A stretch of DNA of 64,000 nucleotides from Selaginella moellendorffii (GCF_000143415.4 NW_003314332.1:62001-126000); one strand, 5' to 3'; shown: positions 22,336 through 36,106, counted from the stretch's first letter. The notes: a model not told the origin generated them from the sequence alone. Translations and numbers: made by a program.

Positions 22336-25300
22336 CCACGTGTCATGTGTTGGTCCCTTTTGGGTCCCTTTTTGGAGCCTTGCTTATTGCTCGCTTCGTG
22401 CTCGCTCCTTGAGCACTTTGTTGGGAGTTCCACTCCCGCTCTCGACCTTCCAAGTCAGAGCTTTTAGTCCAAACGTGTTACTCTCGTTTGGCTTTCGCTT
22501 CGGCCATTACCACGTGGCACCCTTCTGGCTCCACTTTGGGGCCGAGGGATTTTGTGTCTCACAACTCCACCACCCATAGACAAAGTTCGATGTCCTTATC
22601 AAACGGTAAACCATTTTATAAAGTAACACCCGCATGTGTTACCATTTCCATCCTTGGCACCTAGCCAATATTTGTCAATGGTTTGATATTGAAGGCTCAC
22701 CATGCCTTCTCCATATTCGTCAATGGTTTGACACCAAAGGCTCCCCATGCCTTGCCCATCCTCTAAGGAGGATAGTCTCTCCAACTTAGAGACTCACTTG
22801 ACCACCTGGGGTGGGTTGCTCCTTTTTATTGGTTCAGTTCTCGCTAAACCCGTTAGAGACACCCTCTCTAACTCAGTTCCACTACTCATTCTTGAGTAGT
22901 CACCGATTCCATTGATCTACCTTTGCACTTTGGAATGTTTACTTTTGACTTCTTGAAGTCAATTTCCTAGGTGTCTCTGACACCTTGCCTTGCACATTTT
23001 GTGCAACTCCACTTCCCTTCCTAGGAAGTTCTCTACTCGAGGGCACCCTCATCCCCTTTTCTATTTTTGTGCCACCATTGGCATTACGTTCCATTTATCA
23101 TTATTTGTGCTAGGGCTGTCCACGGCCCTATCTTTTGGCTCCTTAGTTGCTCCCTCACTTGGAGCCTTTCCTTTGCTAAATTGGAGCACTAAGCTTTATT
23201 TCATTAAAGTGGGATTTATTCAGTAAAGTGGGACATTAATTAGCATGTGTCCACATGCCATTTCCTAGTACTTAATTAATATTTATTAATATTTCTATCA
23301 GTTTTTTAATTTATTTTTTTATATTTCACAATATTATAACACAAAATCATATGAAAAGTTTTTAATTTATAAATTATAAAGTTAAAACTTCAATTTTTTA
23401 TTGTTGTTATAAAAATGGCATGTGGCCACACACTATAAGTGGGATAATGAAAAGTCCCACTTTAACGAAATAAAGCATCACTTGGGAATCCATCCTTGGA
23501 AGTCCACTTCTTTTTCCGCAATCCGTTAGCATCAAACACATTAGTGTTCCTTGGCTAACTTTGCCACTTGGATTATTTCCAATGGATTCCACGGCCCTAT
23601 CTTGGGCACGCGTCTTTTACTCCTATCCTTGATTATTGTACTTAACAACATCGGATCATTACCTCCATTCTCGAGGTATCCTCTTGATTCCATAGCAAAG
23701 ACTTTACTTTGCCAAGTCCAAAGGGTGCTCACCCCTAGTACGTCACTTTAGCATTTTCTGCTGTGGGCTCTATCCATGGCCCAACTTTTGAGACCCTCCC
23801 TTGGATCTTTCATAGAGGCCACTTTCCTCGGACTTACTATGCCATAGCCGTGACATAGCTCATTTCCCATAGGTGCTCTTCCCACTTGGTCACCTTGACC
23901 AAGCCACACCATTATCAGTAGTTCAAATCAACACTTTGAACTAGGAATCATATCCTTTAACCCAAACAAAGACCTTGTCCTTGTTTAGCCACAAGATCAC
24001 CTAGTGATCTCATCTTGACCCCTTAATAGGTCTACCAATAGGGACTAGGTCTTCCAGACCTTACTAAGTTGTTGACTATGACCCCGGGGGCATCCCCCAC
24101 ACTTGGCGGTGCGCCCAAGCCAGCCCTTCCGGCCAAGGATCCATAGCAACTGAGATTGGGTGTCCCCATCTCATTCACCACGTCCTTGGTGCCTTTTGCA
24201 CCAAAGTGATCAAGTTAGATATGCCGAGCTTTCACTCTAAGCAATCTAACCGTGCATCACGACTCCGAGGCATCCCTCGCTTGGCGGTGTGCCCAAATCA
24301 GTCTCCACACTGAGAGTCTATGACCACCAAAATATGAGTGTCCTCATATTCCAAACCGCCCTAGTGAGTTGGGACTCGAACCCAAGCACTAGAGGGTCGG
24401 GACTCGAACCCAACCTCCGTATATGCATCTACGGACGGCATCACCCAGGATGCCTAGCGTGACTCCCCACGCCGGTGCACCAACTTATACTCAAAGCGCG
24501 CTATAGATCACAGCTTAAGAACCTAGTTCCTCCACACTGCCAAGTCCTCTTACTTGACAAGTCTGTGATCATGCATGGACTCCTCCATGCTTGGCCCCAT
24601 GGCCCACCCTTTTTGAAGTTATCACCTTCAACTAGGGTATTTGTTCCCCTGACTTGCTAATCTCGCTTTGGCAAGTCCTCCGACCATTGTAACATGGTTC
24701 TTGCACAAGCGTGAAAGCCCTTGATCATCGACTTTTGTTCAAAGCCCTCTCTTTGAACACTCGGGAATTACTTCCCTAACTTTGATAGCCTTGCCTCATG
24801 GCAAGCTTCAAGACCATGCTTCTGCTGCGCCACTCTGATTTCGCGCGTTCCTTGAACCATTTACGCTTGGCCTTTCTAGGTACTAAGCTACCTAGAATCA
24901 TCTTTGGGAACCTTGAAGGAACTTTGTCCTTTAGCTTGCTAAGGCCTCCCTTTTTGCAAGCTTTCCAATTACCATATAGTCTAACATGGACAATTCCATA
25001 TTTTAAACTCTCCATAGCATCACGGTTGCTAGTGGCAACACCCTCGAGCCCCCACTTGATTCTCCACTCTCAGCTGGCATAACCAACCTTGGTTATGCCC
25101 TTCGATTCCTATGGTTCGATTCTACCCCCTTACTTCTTGCTTTTGGCTTCACACCTTTCCTTTGGTCATTCTCCTCCAGACCAGGAGGATAGTTTTGCAC
25201 TTTCTATCATGCCTTAGCAAGTATTCTTAGGGATGAACCTACCCGATAGCCTAGGGAGTGGTTCCTCAATCCAGGTATGCTCACCCTATAATCCCACACA

Positions 25301-26016
25301 CCGAGATTACGTTGTTGCTTATGGGCCTTTACATGCCCATCGCTAGCCTTGCCAAAATTCCATTTTTGGCTTTGTCCAATTCAAGTAGACAGTCTTCTCC
25401 TGTCTCCGCCACCTTGGACATTTGGATAGCACCTTCTATCCATCATTCGTTAGGGACTTAGTCCCTTGGGCCTTATCTATTGCCCTCGCGACATCAAACA
25501 CCACCTCCTGGTGTTCTAGAGTGTTCAGGTGTCCCAATGACGGCTTCCTTGACAATGAGTATTTCCTTTCATGACATTGACTTACTATATCGCAACATAA
25601 GCAATTTATCCCCCGTGAGGGTATATCTAACTTCTTTATACCATTAAGAAGTCTTGGGTAGCTACCTTTTACCCGTTTAACCAATTATCTTGCACCTTTT
25701 GCTTAGTTGCCCCATAGCTGTCAAGTCCTACAACTCATTGCTTGGTGCTTCCACACCTCCATCATTATCTGGGTCACCACACTCCAATCGCATGCCTTCC
25801 GGCTTAGGCCTTGCCATTCCCACTTCCGTTGGGATTCCCTTGGCAAGGGGTTCTTATGAACCCACCATCATAACCTCAAGGTATCACACCTTGGCACATT
25901 TGGTGTCTCCACACCATTGGCCCAACGAGCCTATCGTTATGACACTACTTATTAGTGTCTAGGTCTTTGCCAAGACCAATATAGTTGTGCCTTATGCTAA
26001 CTATCCGTTAGCACTG

Positions 26017-26609
26017 TGTAAGCTCCTGAGTTTGGACTTCCCGGGAGGTCACCCATCCCAGTACTATTCAAACCCAAGGAAGCTTAACTCCAACTATCCC
26101 AAGACCCTTAACCGATTAGAAAAGGGGGTGCACTCTTGTTCATGGGCCCTTTCCCTCTATATTTGAACCCCATGGATCGTCTCTCGAGCCGTTCCCTTTG
26201 GTTGCTTACAATCCACCACGCTTCCTTGCAAGTTCACGCCCTCGTGAACGGAAGCTGAGAGCCGCAACTCTCCTGAGAGCCTCGCTCTCTTGACACCCTA
26301 CCCCTCGGGTCGAGCCCAGTGGGAGCAAACTGGACCAGCCAGATGTCAATCAATATGTGGTGTGATTCCCCTAGCCAACCAACAGAGTCGGACCCGAGAC
26401 CGCTCTGATACCAAATGTAAGCTCCTGAGTTTGGACTTCCCGGGAGGTCACCCATCCCAGTACTATTCAAACCCAAGGAAGCTTAACTCCAACTATCCCA
26501 AGACCCTTAACCGATTAGAAAAGGGGGTGCACTCTTGTTCATGGGCCCTTTCCCTCTATATTTGAACCCCATGGATCATCTCTCGAGCCGTTCCCTTTGG
26601 TTGCTTACA
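26017..26609 (-). mobile_element. Full-length Cassandra-type TRIM (5S rRNA-bearing LTRs)
   Basis: 194-bp LTRs at 26017-26210 and 26416-26609 with one visible mismatch, CACTG TSD, tRNA-iMet PBS (26402-26413), 205-bp non-coding interior. Minus strand reads GAGTTAAGCTTCCTTGGGTTTGAATAGTACTGGGATGGGTGACCTCCCGGGAAGTCC. Confidence 0.95.
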
Positions 26610-28551
26610 CACTGCACCATAGAGGTCACACACAACTTTGTTTCAAAGTTGTTTTCTTTTGGGAACACCCTTCCCACGACTTTAGCATGGCACATTTTGC
26701 CATCGATGAGATACCCTCTGTTCTCATCCTTGGATCCTATGATCCCCCCCATCCTTCGTGGGGTACCATACACCTCAGTCCAAATGCTTCCATCAATCCT
26801 TTAGGATTATTCCTTGACTCTATTGGAGTCATCCAGTGTTTTGGACTTTGTCATCCGAGGACCCATGAGGTCCTACCTTTGAGGTGCCAGCTCACTGGAA
26901 TACAACTTCTTGTATTCAGGTCCTACTCACAAGGACCATCTTTGCAAGTGTTACTCTGACACTTGATTTGTTCTCTTGGGGCAACCTTTTGCCTTTTAGG
27001 ACCACTTGTCCATGTGATGAGAATACCAACTCATCCTCTAAGTACATCCCCAACTCCTTGGGTTGTTCCAGCATTTATCAAGGGTAACCTCAGCTACCAT
27101 TTCGAGGACTTATGTCCTCTCCTATATTTGACCTCCCATGGTCATCAATTCCAGTCTCAAAGTTATGAGCACCGGCCTCAACTATATGAGGGTAAACTTG
27201 TGACTCCTTTATTATTTTGGAGTCTACATCTTTCCCGTGATCCCAATTATAGTTGTTTACCACAACTACGTTAGCCCGTTTGCTGCATCAAACGCTCATC
27301 TGGATCACATCCTCAGCTCTCTGAGGAAACCTTATACTGTTCCCAAGATCCCAAAGTCGTTCTATTATTGGCCCTTTTCTATCCACTACATCATGCCCAA
27401 GTTCACGCATGAACTTGAGTGGAGAGCCATGTCCTCTCGACATGCTACTCCTCAAGGATAGGCCCACTCCTAGGACCTTCCAATGCCAACATCAATGGTG
27501 ATATACTTGAGCACCAATAAAAGTCGGACTAAGGAATAGCTCCGATACCAAGTTGTAAGCGACTAAATTTTCCATTCTACTTTAGTCACTTAACCACACC
27601 TCCGACCACTTGGAGGAGTCTCATTCACAACCTCCCTTAGTCCAATTCAGGACTTGGGATTTGCTAGCCCCAAGAATGGCATCCATGCCACTCCACACTT
27701 GCACCTGGTCCAAGTGCTCCATGTGTCCGGTCCCAAGACCGACACCCAAAGGTACCACTGACATCTCGGCCCGTTACGCTAAGGCCATGCCCATTCACCT
27801 TTGCTGCACTAGTGGTCTAATACCACTTGCATCACCATCCCGTCTCTCCAAGACTGGGCCATCTGTCCACGAGTGGTCATCCTGGATCCACTCCTTAGCA
27901 TCCTTAGGATGCCCACAGACTTGGGGAATCGCCTTCCCCAAAGTCCCTTTGTCAGTTCCTACCAAGTCCCTTTCTACCCCTGGCCGTGTTTGCCAACACT
28001 GCCACTGGATCGAGGCCCACAGGCCCGACTACTAAGTCCCATGGTCCTTTGGGACTTCCTCACCACACGACTGTGTCCTTGGTCACTACCCCAGAGGACT
28101 GCTCCTCTTCCTTTCCACAGTCTAGGCCTTTGGGACAACATTTCGGAACACTATGGCCTTACGCGAGCCACCTGGGTACTCTCCCCGCCTTTCGCCTTTA
28201 GGTGCTCTAGCCATGGGCTTAGAGCGAGGTTCCGTTGAGCCGCGCCTGGTATCCAAGTAGGTAGTGCCACCCACACTTGGACTGGGAGCATCGGCCAGTC
28301 GATCTCCCGGGGGAACTAGAGCCGACTCTTGAACACTTCACCAAGCTACCCCGCTTGTCGGTCCGTATTCACTCTAGTCTTGGACTTCCCAGTGGTCAGT
28401 TCATCACCCAACACTGGGTCTGGCCTCCCTGGGCCAAACTGGCCTTTCCTGGCTAAACTGGCTCCACTGCAGTCCTCCCCCTACTATACTTTTGGAGCTC
28501 ACCAAACCCCCCAGGGTCTGGGAGACGAACGCTTTGGGCTTTCACCCTCTC

Positions 28552-29035
28552 AGACTCGAACTCGGACTCGGACTCGGACTCGGACTCGGACTCGGACTCG
28601 GACTCGGACTCGGACTCGGACTCGGACTCGGGCTCGGACTCGGTCTCAGCCTTGGCCTCGGTCTCGGTCTCGGTCCCGGTCTCGGTCCCGGTCTCGGTCC
28701 CGGTCTCGGTCGCGGTCTCGGTCTCGGTCCCGGTCTCGGTCTCGACCTCGGACTCCATCTCGGATTCCATCTCGGACTCCGTCTCGGTCCATCTTGGACT
28801 CCATCTCGGAGTCCATCTTGGACTCCGTCTCGGTCCACCTCGGACTCCATCTCGGACTCCATCTCGGGTCCATCTCGGACTCCATCTCGGGTCCATCTCG
28901 GACTCCGTCTCGGTCCACCTCAGACTCCACTTCGGGTCCATCTCGGACTCCATATCGGACTCCATCTCAGACTCCACTTCGGACTCCATATCGGACTCCA
29001 CTTCAGGTCCATCTCGGACTCCATCTCGGACACTT
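28552..29035. repeat. Hexamer-derived microsatellite in the second LTR
   Basis: Same units as 21853-22335 with different copy numbers. Confidence 0.95.
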
Positions 29036-29399
29036 CCACGTGTCATGTGTTGGTACCTTTTGGGTCCCTTTTTGGAGCCTTGCTTATTGCTCGCTTCGTG
29101 CTCGCTCCTTGAGCACTTTGTTGGGAGTTCCACTCCCGCTCTCGACCTTCCAAGTCAGAGCTTTTAGTCCAAACATGTTACGCTCGTTTGGCTTTCGCTT
29201 CGGCCACTACCACGTGGCACCCTTCCGGCTCCACTTTGGGGCCGAGGGATTTTGTGTCTCACACCTAAAACACAGTGATCTTGTTGAGAATATAACTCTT
29301 TTTTGAATTCAATTCTCTAGTTTTTTTGGAGCTTGGGTAGGTTTTGAGTTCACGACTTCTCAAACACAAGGAAACATTGGTTCATCCCGAACCAACATC

Positions 29400-30500
29400 T
29401 TTTCATTTTTCAAATTTTGATTTAATCTATATTTCCAAGTAAATTCGACCAATAAAATGCAAATATAAATATAGATCTGAACACTAAAAGCAATTTAGAA
29501 ACACTTCTCAAGCTCTGCAATTGTAAGGCTTGTCTGATGGATATGATGGTCGACTTTAGGATCTTGGTTTAATTCCTGCATAAAAATGTAATAGATGTGC
29601 TTACAGGCTAAATATGTCTTTCCCTTGTTCTTCTTTTGTGTAAAATTTGGACAAGTACAGGATGGATTTTCACAAATTCTGATAGTGTAGCTCGTACCCT
29701 CTGACGACTCAATCACAACAACAAACTCCTTAACCATGGCACTGATGTAATTTATCTTTGTGATTGTGCATTTCAACACCTTTGCTAATTTGATCTTCTC
29801 TTGTGCATCTTTTGAAATGGAAGACCTATATTGTATAGCCTTCCCATTTCTAACTGGTCATGTATGCCGGTTTAGTGTTGACATTGGTGGCACAGCAGTA
29901 TCAATAGCAACATATGAGGAAATCTTTAGCTTGAAACTAACTCTCTCTAGACTTTCAATCTCTTCTTTCAAAAGATTACAGCTTCGCTCAATTGGCCATT
30001 CCTCTGGCACTGAATCTAGCTTCGAGATAATTGAGTTGTGGATCCAGTTTGTATAAGTAACATCAGTCCCACAATAGAAAATCCAACTTGACTAGTGGCT
30101 CTTTACCTCTAGATCTCGATAACCCCAAAAACATGGTACTGCTGAAGAACTTGAACTTGAGCGGACAAATGCAAGACACTGATCTCAACTCCTAATCATT
30201 CTGGAGCAATGTGCATTACTCTTGGCATTGACTCTTTGAATTGCCTAGTTAATACGAGAAATTGGCTCACGAACAATAATCTTCTCAACCTATGGCACTG
30301 GATTTACTTGTGTAACTTTTGGCATCTCCTCTACTCCATGTTCCTTAATTCTTATCTGGTGTTGTAGAATAGAATGGTAGTCAAACTCTAAATGGTGAGA
30401 GCTAGGAGTGATCAAATGTCTGTCGATGCTTCATACGGGCTGTCCTTATATCCCCAAATGGTTCATAACTTGATTTTATAAGAGTTCTAGTAACAACTTC
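29400..30500 (-). pseudogene. MULE-like transposase C-terminal region with intact SWIM zinc finger
   Basis: YTIRICENPSCTCPNFTQKKNKGKTYLACKHIYYIF (CxC-x(n)-CxH) in ORF 29495-29779. Confidence 0.8.
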
Positions 30501-30659
30501 CTCCACTATCTTAGATATTGACCTTGCTGTTGGTATTGTCCTTCTACCAACCTGCTTTTAAAGTTTGTTTAAGTTTGGACTTGTACTAGCAAACTTTGCT
30601 TCTTATGTAGCCAAAGTTTTTGATGACTGCTCAAGAGATATAGTGAGGTTGGAGAGTAT

Positions 30660-32900
30660 AGCTTTATAGAAGTGCAGACCATACTTAAACTCACGAGCTG
30701 AAGAGTTGAGCTCACAAATTGAGTTCAATTTTCAGTTGTAATATAGTACAAACATTATAAACTTTAAATATTAAGGTTATGGCAAACCTAATAATTTCAT
30801 ATATTATATAGATAAAAGTGTTTTAAAGGACACTTCTTGTTCTAATAATTTAAATATTTACTACATGCCATGATAAGAACATTTGTTAGAACATAAAATA
30901 AAATGTTTGCAAAAAGAGTATTCTTGTCACTTCCTTAAATTTATACTTTGTGCTTTCTAGGTAGTTAATGTCAGGTTTGTCAGAATTTAAAAATTATTAA
31001 ATTTGAATTAAGATTCTATATAAGACCATATAATCGTTTGAAAGGAAAAAAAAATTAACTATTGATGTAAGTTCGTTTCATGCTCTTCTTCAGAAGGTGC
31101 AACTTGCCATTGTTTACACAACTTTTTAAATGTTAATTGGAAATCTAGCTTAATAAGGTGGTAGTGTTAGTTTAGGCTCTAAGCCTAATGGAACTCACAA
31201 GTCCTCTCATAACCTTCTAGGGGTTGACCATTCCCAAAGACTGCATAGATGCCATTCCAATTAGCCCTAGCCCCATCTATTATAAAACTGCAAAAGTTGG
31301 CAAACTTACCAATCCACTTCAGTACAATGTCGAAGAGGACTTCCAAAATATTTCTTGAGCCATCTGGTCTTGTACTTTAAATTCTGCTGTTGCAATTGTC
31401 AAGTTATAACGTAGCCTGTGAAAAGGGCAATACTTAAAACTATTTTAAGATAGTGAGAAAAAATAACTACCTTAGATTATACACATGAGCTCCCATGGTT
31501 GTTCAACCCACTACCCGCTCCATATGGTCAAATTGTACTCATGCATTAGTAAAGTCACTCGGCCTAGACATATCCATTCAAGAAACAAGATCCACACCAG
31601 AGGCGGGGCCCATGGTAAACATTTTGAAGACGACAGGGTGCTCTTACTCACTAATGACTTGATCTGGAAATAAACTCCTATAGATAAACTTGTAGGGACA
31701 AATCTATTTTAGTTCAAGGATAGAGTCAATTTTTTATTGGAGTTTCCCCTCTCAAGATTCATCCAAGATTTTTTTGTAAATAAAACAAAATGTAAGAGAG
31801 ATATTATTAAAAAGTATGTAATAATATTTTCTTACCTTCTGAGGCTAATTGTAGGTTGCATGTGTTGTAGTAACTCCCGCAAGCTAGCCTCATCCAGTTG
31901 AGTATTCTTGCAATCTGGATCAAGTAAGATGTTTGCGATAAAATCCTTGAGCACTGTCTTTTTGGACATGCATCGGATGAATTTCTCATAGTCTCTATTT
32001 ACACTACAGTTTTTAAACGGTTGACTGAACTCCTTTGTATCACTTTCTACATTGGATGTGTGTGTGTGCCAATATGTACTACAGCTCTACCAACCTCTCT
32101 ATCCAGTGGAAGAAAGTAGTATATCTTGGCCCCACAGATAGCACGATACGATGGAGTATTCTTGCAAAATTGGCACTTGACTCCAACACCAATAGTATTA
32201 TAAATGGGAGGATTGATTGTAAATCCTTAAAAAAATATGGAGTTTTTACCACACTCTGGATTGCATGCTTCATTCACACAATTTAAATACCCACCACAAT
32301 GAACCATGGACACTGTGCCTTCGAAATGCTAGAGGCCTTGATCTTGCATCAGTTATAGACGTCCTACTTGGTCTCTATCCTCTTTCATTTTGAGCTGACA
32401 AGAGGTAGTAGTTCAAAGAAGATATTGCCATTGTATGTAGATAGGAGCTCGCTAACGGGCCTATGCAGAAACGAATGCACGTCGATAGAGAGGTTGGAAA
32501 ACTAGAAAGCATTTTAAACAGTTTTGAATATTGGTGAAGTTGGAGTTTGCAAATTCTTGGCTAGCACTAAACTAACATCTCCACTAAAACTAGAAGAAGA
32601 AATGATGACGACCAACTCTTACTTCACATTCACTTTGGTAAAATTATAGCCTTGCACTTTGATTGGAAATCCAATAACTCTAATTTCCTTGGACTTGGAA
32701 TGTTGCAAATCCCAATGTTGTCCACCTTCACTCACACTCGAAAGAAGAAATTCTGATCATTCAACTACACCAATATTGTTGCAAATCACAGCCTTCAATG
32801 AAATAGAACCAAGAAAAAGATTGAAATGTCGGCAAAGAAAACTTTCTGAAATAAAACTTTGGGAGAAAGAAAGCGGTGGGTGATCTTGGTAATGCAAAAG
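30660..32900 (-). mobile_element. Internally deleted MULE-like copy (3' terminal segment joined to 5'/DDE region)
   Basis: 30660-31075 matches 15090-15500. 31080-32810 matches 11000-12650 reversed. Minus strand reads IDGARANWNGIYAVFGNGQPLEGYERTCEFH. Confidence 0.75.
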
Positions 32901-34681
32901 AAAACTCTTCATTTTTTTGCCTTTAGATTTTCGAAGTCTGAACTTTTATGATAAGGTCTATCATAAGTATAAAAAGACTATGTTAATATAAAATATAAAA
33001 GTCCATATTGTCTTCTAATATTTTTACTAGATTCAAAAATATGCTCAAAGTTATGCTCAAAGTTAGAGTTAGAATGAAAAGAAATGACACTTCAAACTTG
33101 TGCTATGCCATTATGCAAAAAGTAGAGGTGATTTTATTCTAGGATCTAACATCAAATAATGTTGTTATAATAAATTCTATATGAAGTATAAAGGGCTATG
33201 TTGTACAATATTAAAAGTCTGTATACATCAAATTCAAAAACATGCTCAAATTTATTATATAGAGTAACTTTTGGTAGAATAGAAAGAAATATCACCTCAA
33301 GCATGTGCCATAATGTGAAAGATAGGAATGATTTTATTCTAGGATTTACCATCAACCAACTGTTGCCAAACAAATTAATTATTTTACATATTTTCAGTAC
33401 TTCATTTAAGCTAGAAATTATCACATTCTTCTGAACTCATTTAAATATATTCCATCTTTGTACTACCATCTATCACCTATAGTAAATTATCTATCACATT
33501 TCTTTGGAAATAACATCTTACAATTTTAATAATCTTATATTTTCTAACAAGATTCTATAACATGCAAGAAACACATAATTCTCATTTATAATTTCATACT
33601 GTGATCAATTCAACACATGCGGCTGTGACATTATTTCGACATTATCGCATAGTCATATTAGAGCACACCTCTATTATTAAATTATAATTCAAAAGGACTT
33701 TCTCACATGATCAAATCTAGGACGAAATGGAAATTGTACATTGCTAGCAAATATTTGCAGAAAGAAATGGAGATTTACTGCATCCACAATGAACGGCTGA
33801 TGAAAGTTAAATTAAGGTTAGGGCAGCCACCAGCATTAGAGTTTTGCGAGATTGGGAGTAACTATAGGATTCATCGACGTCAAACAGAATGCCTCCAAAA
33901 GTAAGTTTTTTTTTCTCCTCCACTCCCTCGTTACTCCACCTCAACACCAATCACCACAACACCCAGAACCACCACACCGCTATGCTGCAGTGTCACTGCA
34001 ATGCAGTGCCCAGTGCTGCAGTGCTACTGCGCCTAGTGCCTAGTACCGCCGCACCCAGCGCCCAACACCACCGTGCCTAGCACCCAGTGCTACCGTGCCC
34101 AACGCCCAGCGGCTTCTGCCACCATGCCAGAGCACACCGCAGCAAGCCCAGGCCGTGCAGGCTAGGCTGTGTGGGCTGGTTCGCTGGTGTACTGGCCCGC
34201 CCTACACCAAGTGCCCGGCCAAGTGCCCAGTCCAGGCACTCTGTGCAGGCCACGACACGTGGGCCGGTTCGCCAGCGTACCAGCCCAAGCAGTTGGCTGG
34301 GCTTTGGTCCTGTGTGGGCCGGGATAGCACGTGTGGCCCGGGCACTTGGTGTGGGCACTCGGCCAGGCACTTGGCTAGGCTGTGGGCTGAGTTAGCCCGG
34401 GTTAGCTAGGCTAGTGGGCTTGGGCATTGCCTCCAGCAGCTGGTATGCTAGCATACCAATGCATGACCACCATGCAATCACTTCTTATGTATTTTCATTT
34501 TATAATGAGTTTTTCTTGTTTTCAGAAATAGAAACAACTACAAAAGGATAAGGATGTTGGATCAAAGAAAAAAAGACATAAGAAAGATGAGATTTAAGAT
34601 GACAATCAATTTGACTTTCAAATAAAGATTTCCATAGCGACAACTCTGCCAAATAACTCCAGTCCACATCCACCCCCATTT

Positions 34682-34925
34682 TTGCCACCACCACCATTAC
34701 TGCCACCACCACCTTCACCACCATTGCCACCACTACCTTCATCACCACCATTACCACCACCATCATCACCACCATTACCACCACTGCCATCATTGCCATT
34801 ACTACCACCACTGCCATCATCACCATTACCACCACCACCGCCATCATCGCCATTACCACCACCACCGCCACCATCATCACCACCAACAACACCATTGCAA
34901 CCATTCTCATCGCTACCATAACCAC
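34682..34925. repeat. Degenerate (CCA/CAT/CAC)n trinucleotide microsatellite
   Basis: Directly visible. Gives poly-Pro and poly-Val spurious ORFs. Confidence 0.9.
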
Positions 34926-35089
34926 AAATGCCACTACTTTTAACATATTTGCAAAATATGGCAGAAACTAGCTATATTATGGAGTAGTGCCCAAATATGC
35001 TTGACGGGGGTGTTGGGCCCGAGCTGGGGGCTAGATCTGATAATGGTGTTACTGAAGGTGTAGTTGAAGCTGAAAGAGAAGTGGAGCTA

Positions 35090-36100
35090 CTTGAACACAT
35101 TGTAGACAAGTGCTTCCAAGAGACAGTTTTGAGAACTAAAGAGAATGTTGTTACACAAAGAGACAATGTTTTTTAGAAGGCCATTCACACAACTTTAGAG
35201 TCTCTCAAGTGGGAAGGCTCGAGAGACATGATCCAAGAAATCCCACTATGTCGATTCACTCAGACAAGCATCATTCGGTCTACTTCACCTCACTTCGTCA
35301 ACATAGACATCTATAGTCTGTACAAATAGAATAGCCTTAGGACAAACATAGGTATGTTCCTTTTTTCAGTTTTCAAGCTAGAAACGACAAATACCCTCTT
35401 AGTGTCATCAAAAATTGAGAGGGTTTGGGATAACATTTGACAACATGCTTATGAGCCATCTTGAGACTCAACAATTTGTGGGGAAAATGTTTTACATTAT
35501 CGATGGGAATCATCGCTAGTGTGCGTGGATGAAGTGCATCAATGAATGCTTCCGAGACGATCCTGTCTATCACATCAATGTTCCAGTAGGACATATACAC
35601 GTAAGAGGATCTCTAGATATGGCAAGGCTTGTGATAGCTTGCCACAAAATTAATGCATAAATACCTCTCCCTCTTCAATCACTTTTAACAATTTGTGTTT
35701 TGCAAGCTAGGACAGTTTGCAATGCAGAAGCAAAGCCTAGTACATGATATCAAGCAAATCTGGTTTCTTGCTAATCTTGACGAGGATGCAGTCTACAGCC
35801 ACTATGGTGATGATTTAGCATCATTTATTTGACATCAATGAGGTCATCAAGATGCCAATAGATGGTAGAAGAATCCAGTGGCTTTTATGACAGCCATGTG
35901 GAATAAAGTATGTTTTTCCAAGTATATTCCTTGTCATAGAATGTTTGTGTTGTCTTCAACCATTTGTGAAGGTTAGGCAAGATGCATATGCACAGTCGCA
36001 TCGAGTTAAAAATGATCAAAAACTCTTAGAGCATTTGATTGCAATTGACAAGAAAATCAAAAACACAAAGAAGACAAAGATAAAGAAATTACTCAGTGTG
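35090..36100 (-). pseudogene. Possible hAT transposase remnant
   Basis: Minus-strand SYWNID...AFIDALHPRT resembles the hAT YW...LDPR motif. Decayed ERAFS-like and EALVY-like segments toward 35100. Weak. Confidence 0.3.
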
Positions 36101-36106
36101 GCTCCC

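Larger units (their letters stand above)
20855..29263 (-). mobile_element. Non-autonomous LARD-like LTR retrotransposon with ~1.7-kb LTRs
   Basis: LTRs at 20855-22563 and 27554-29263, CCTAA TSD, tRNA-iMet PBS (GCTCCGATACCA 27539-27550), PPT complement ACTCCACCACCC at 22564. No long internal ORF. Confidence 0.93.

Noticed and set aside
21630-22579. Long overlapping ORFs rich in RT/RS/ES/LG dipeptides (also 28329-29306, 36258-37029, 38312-38680)
   Set aside because: Artefacts of stop-free hexamer microsatellites inside LTRs.
26030-26092. 5S rRNA gene
   Set aside because: Only the internal promoter portion is present and it is embedded in TRIM LTRs.
34500-34946. Extensin-like poly-Pro or poly-Val protein
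   Set aside because: Trinucleotide microsatellite; the poly-Pro frame has no ATG start or signal peptide.
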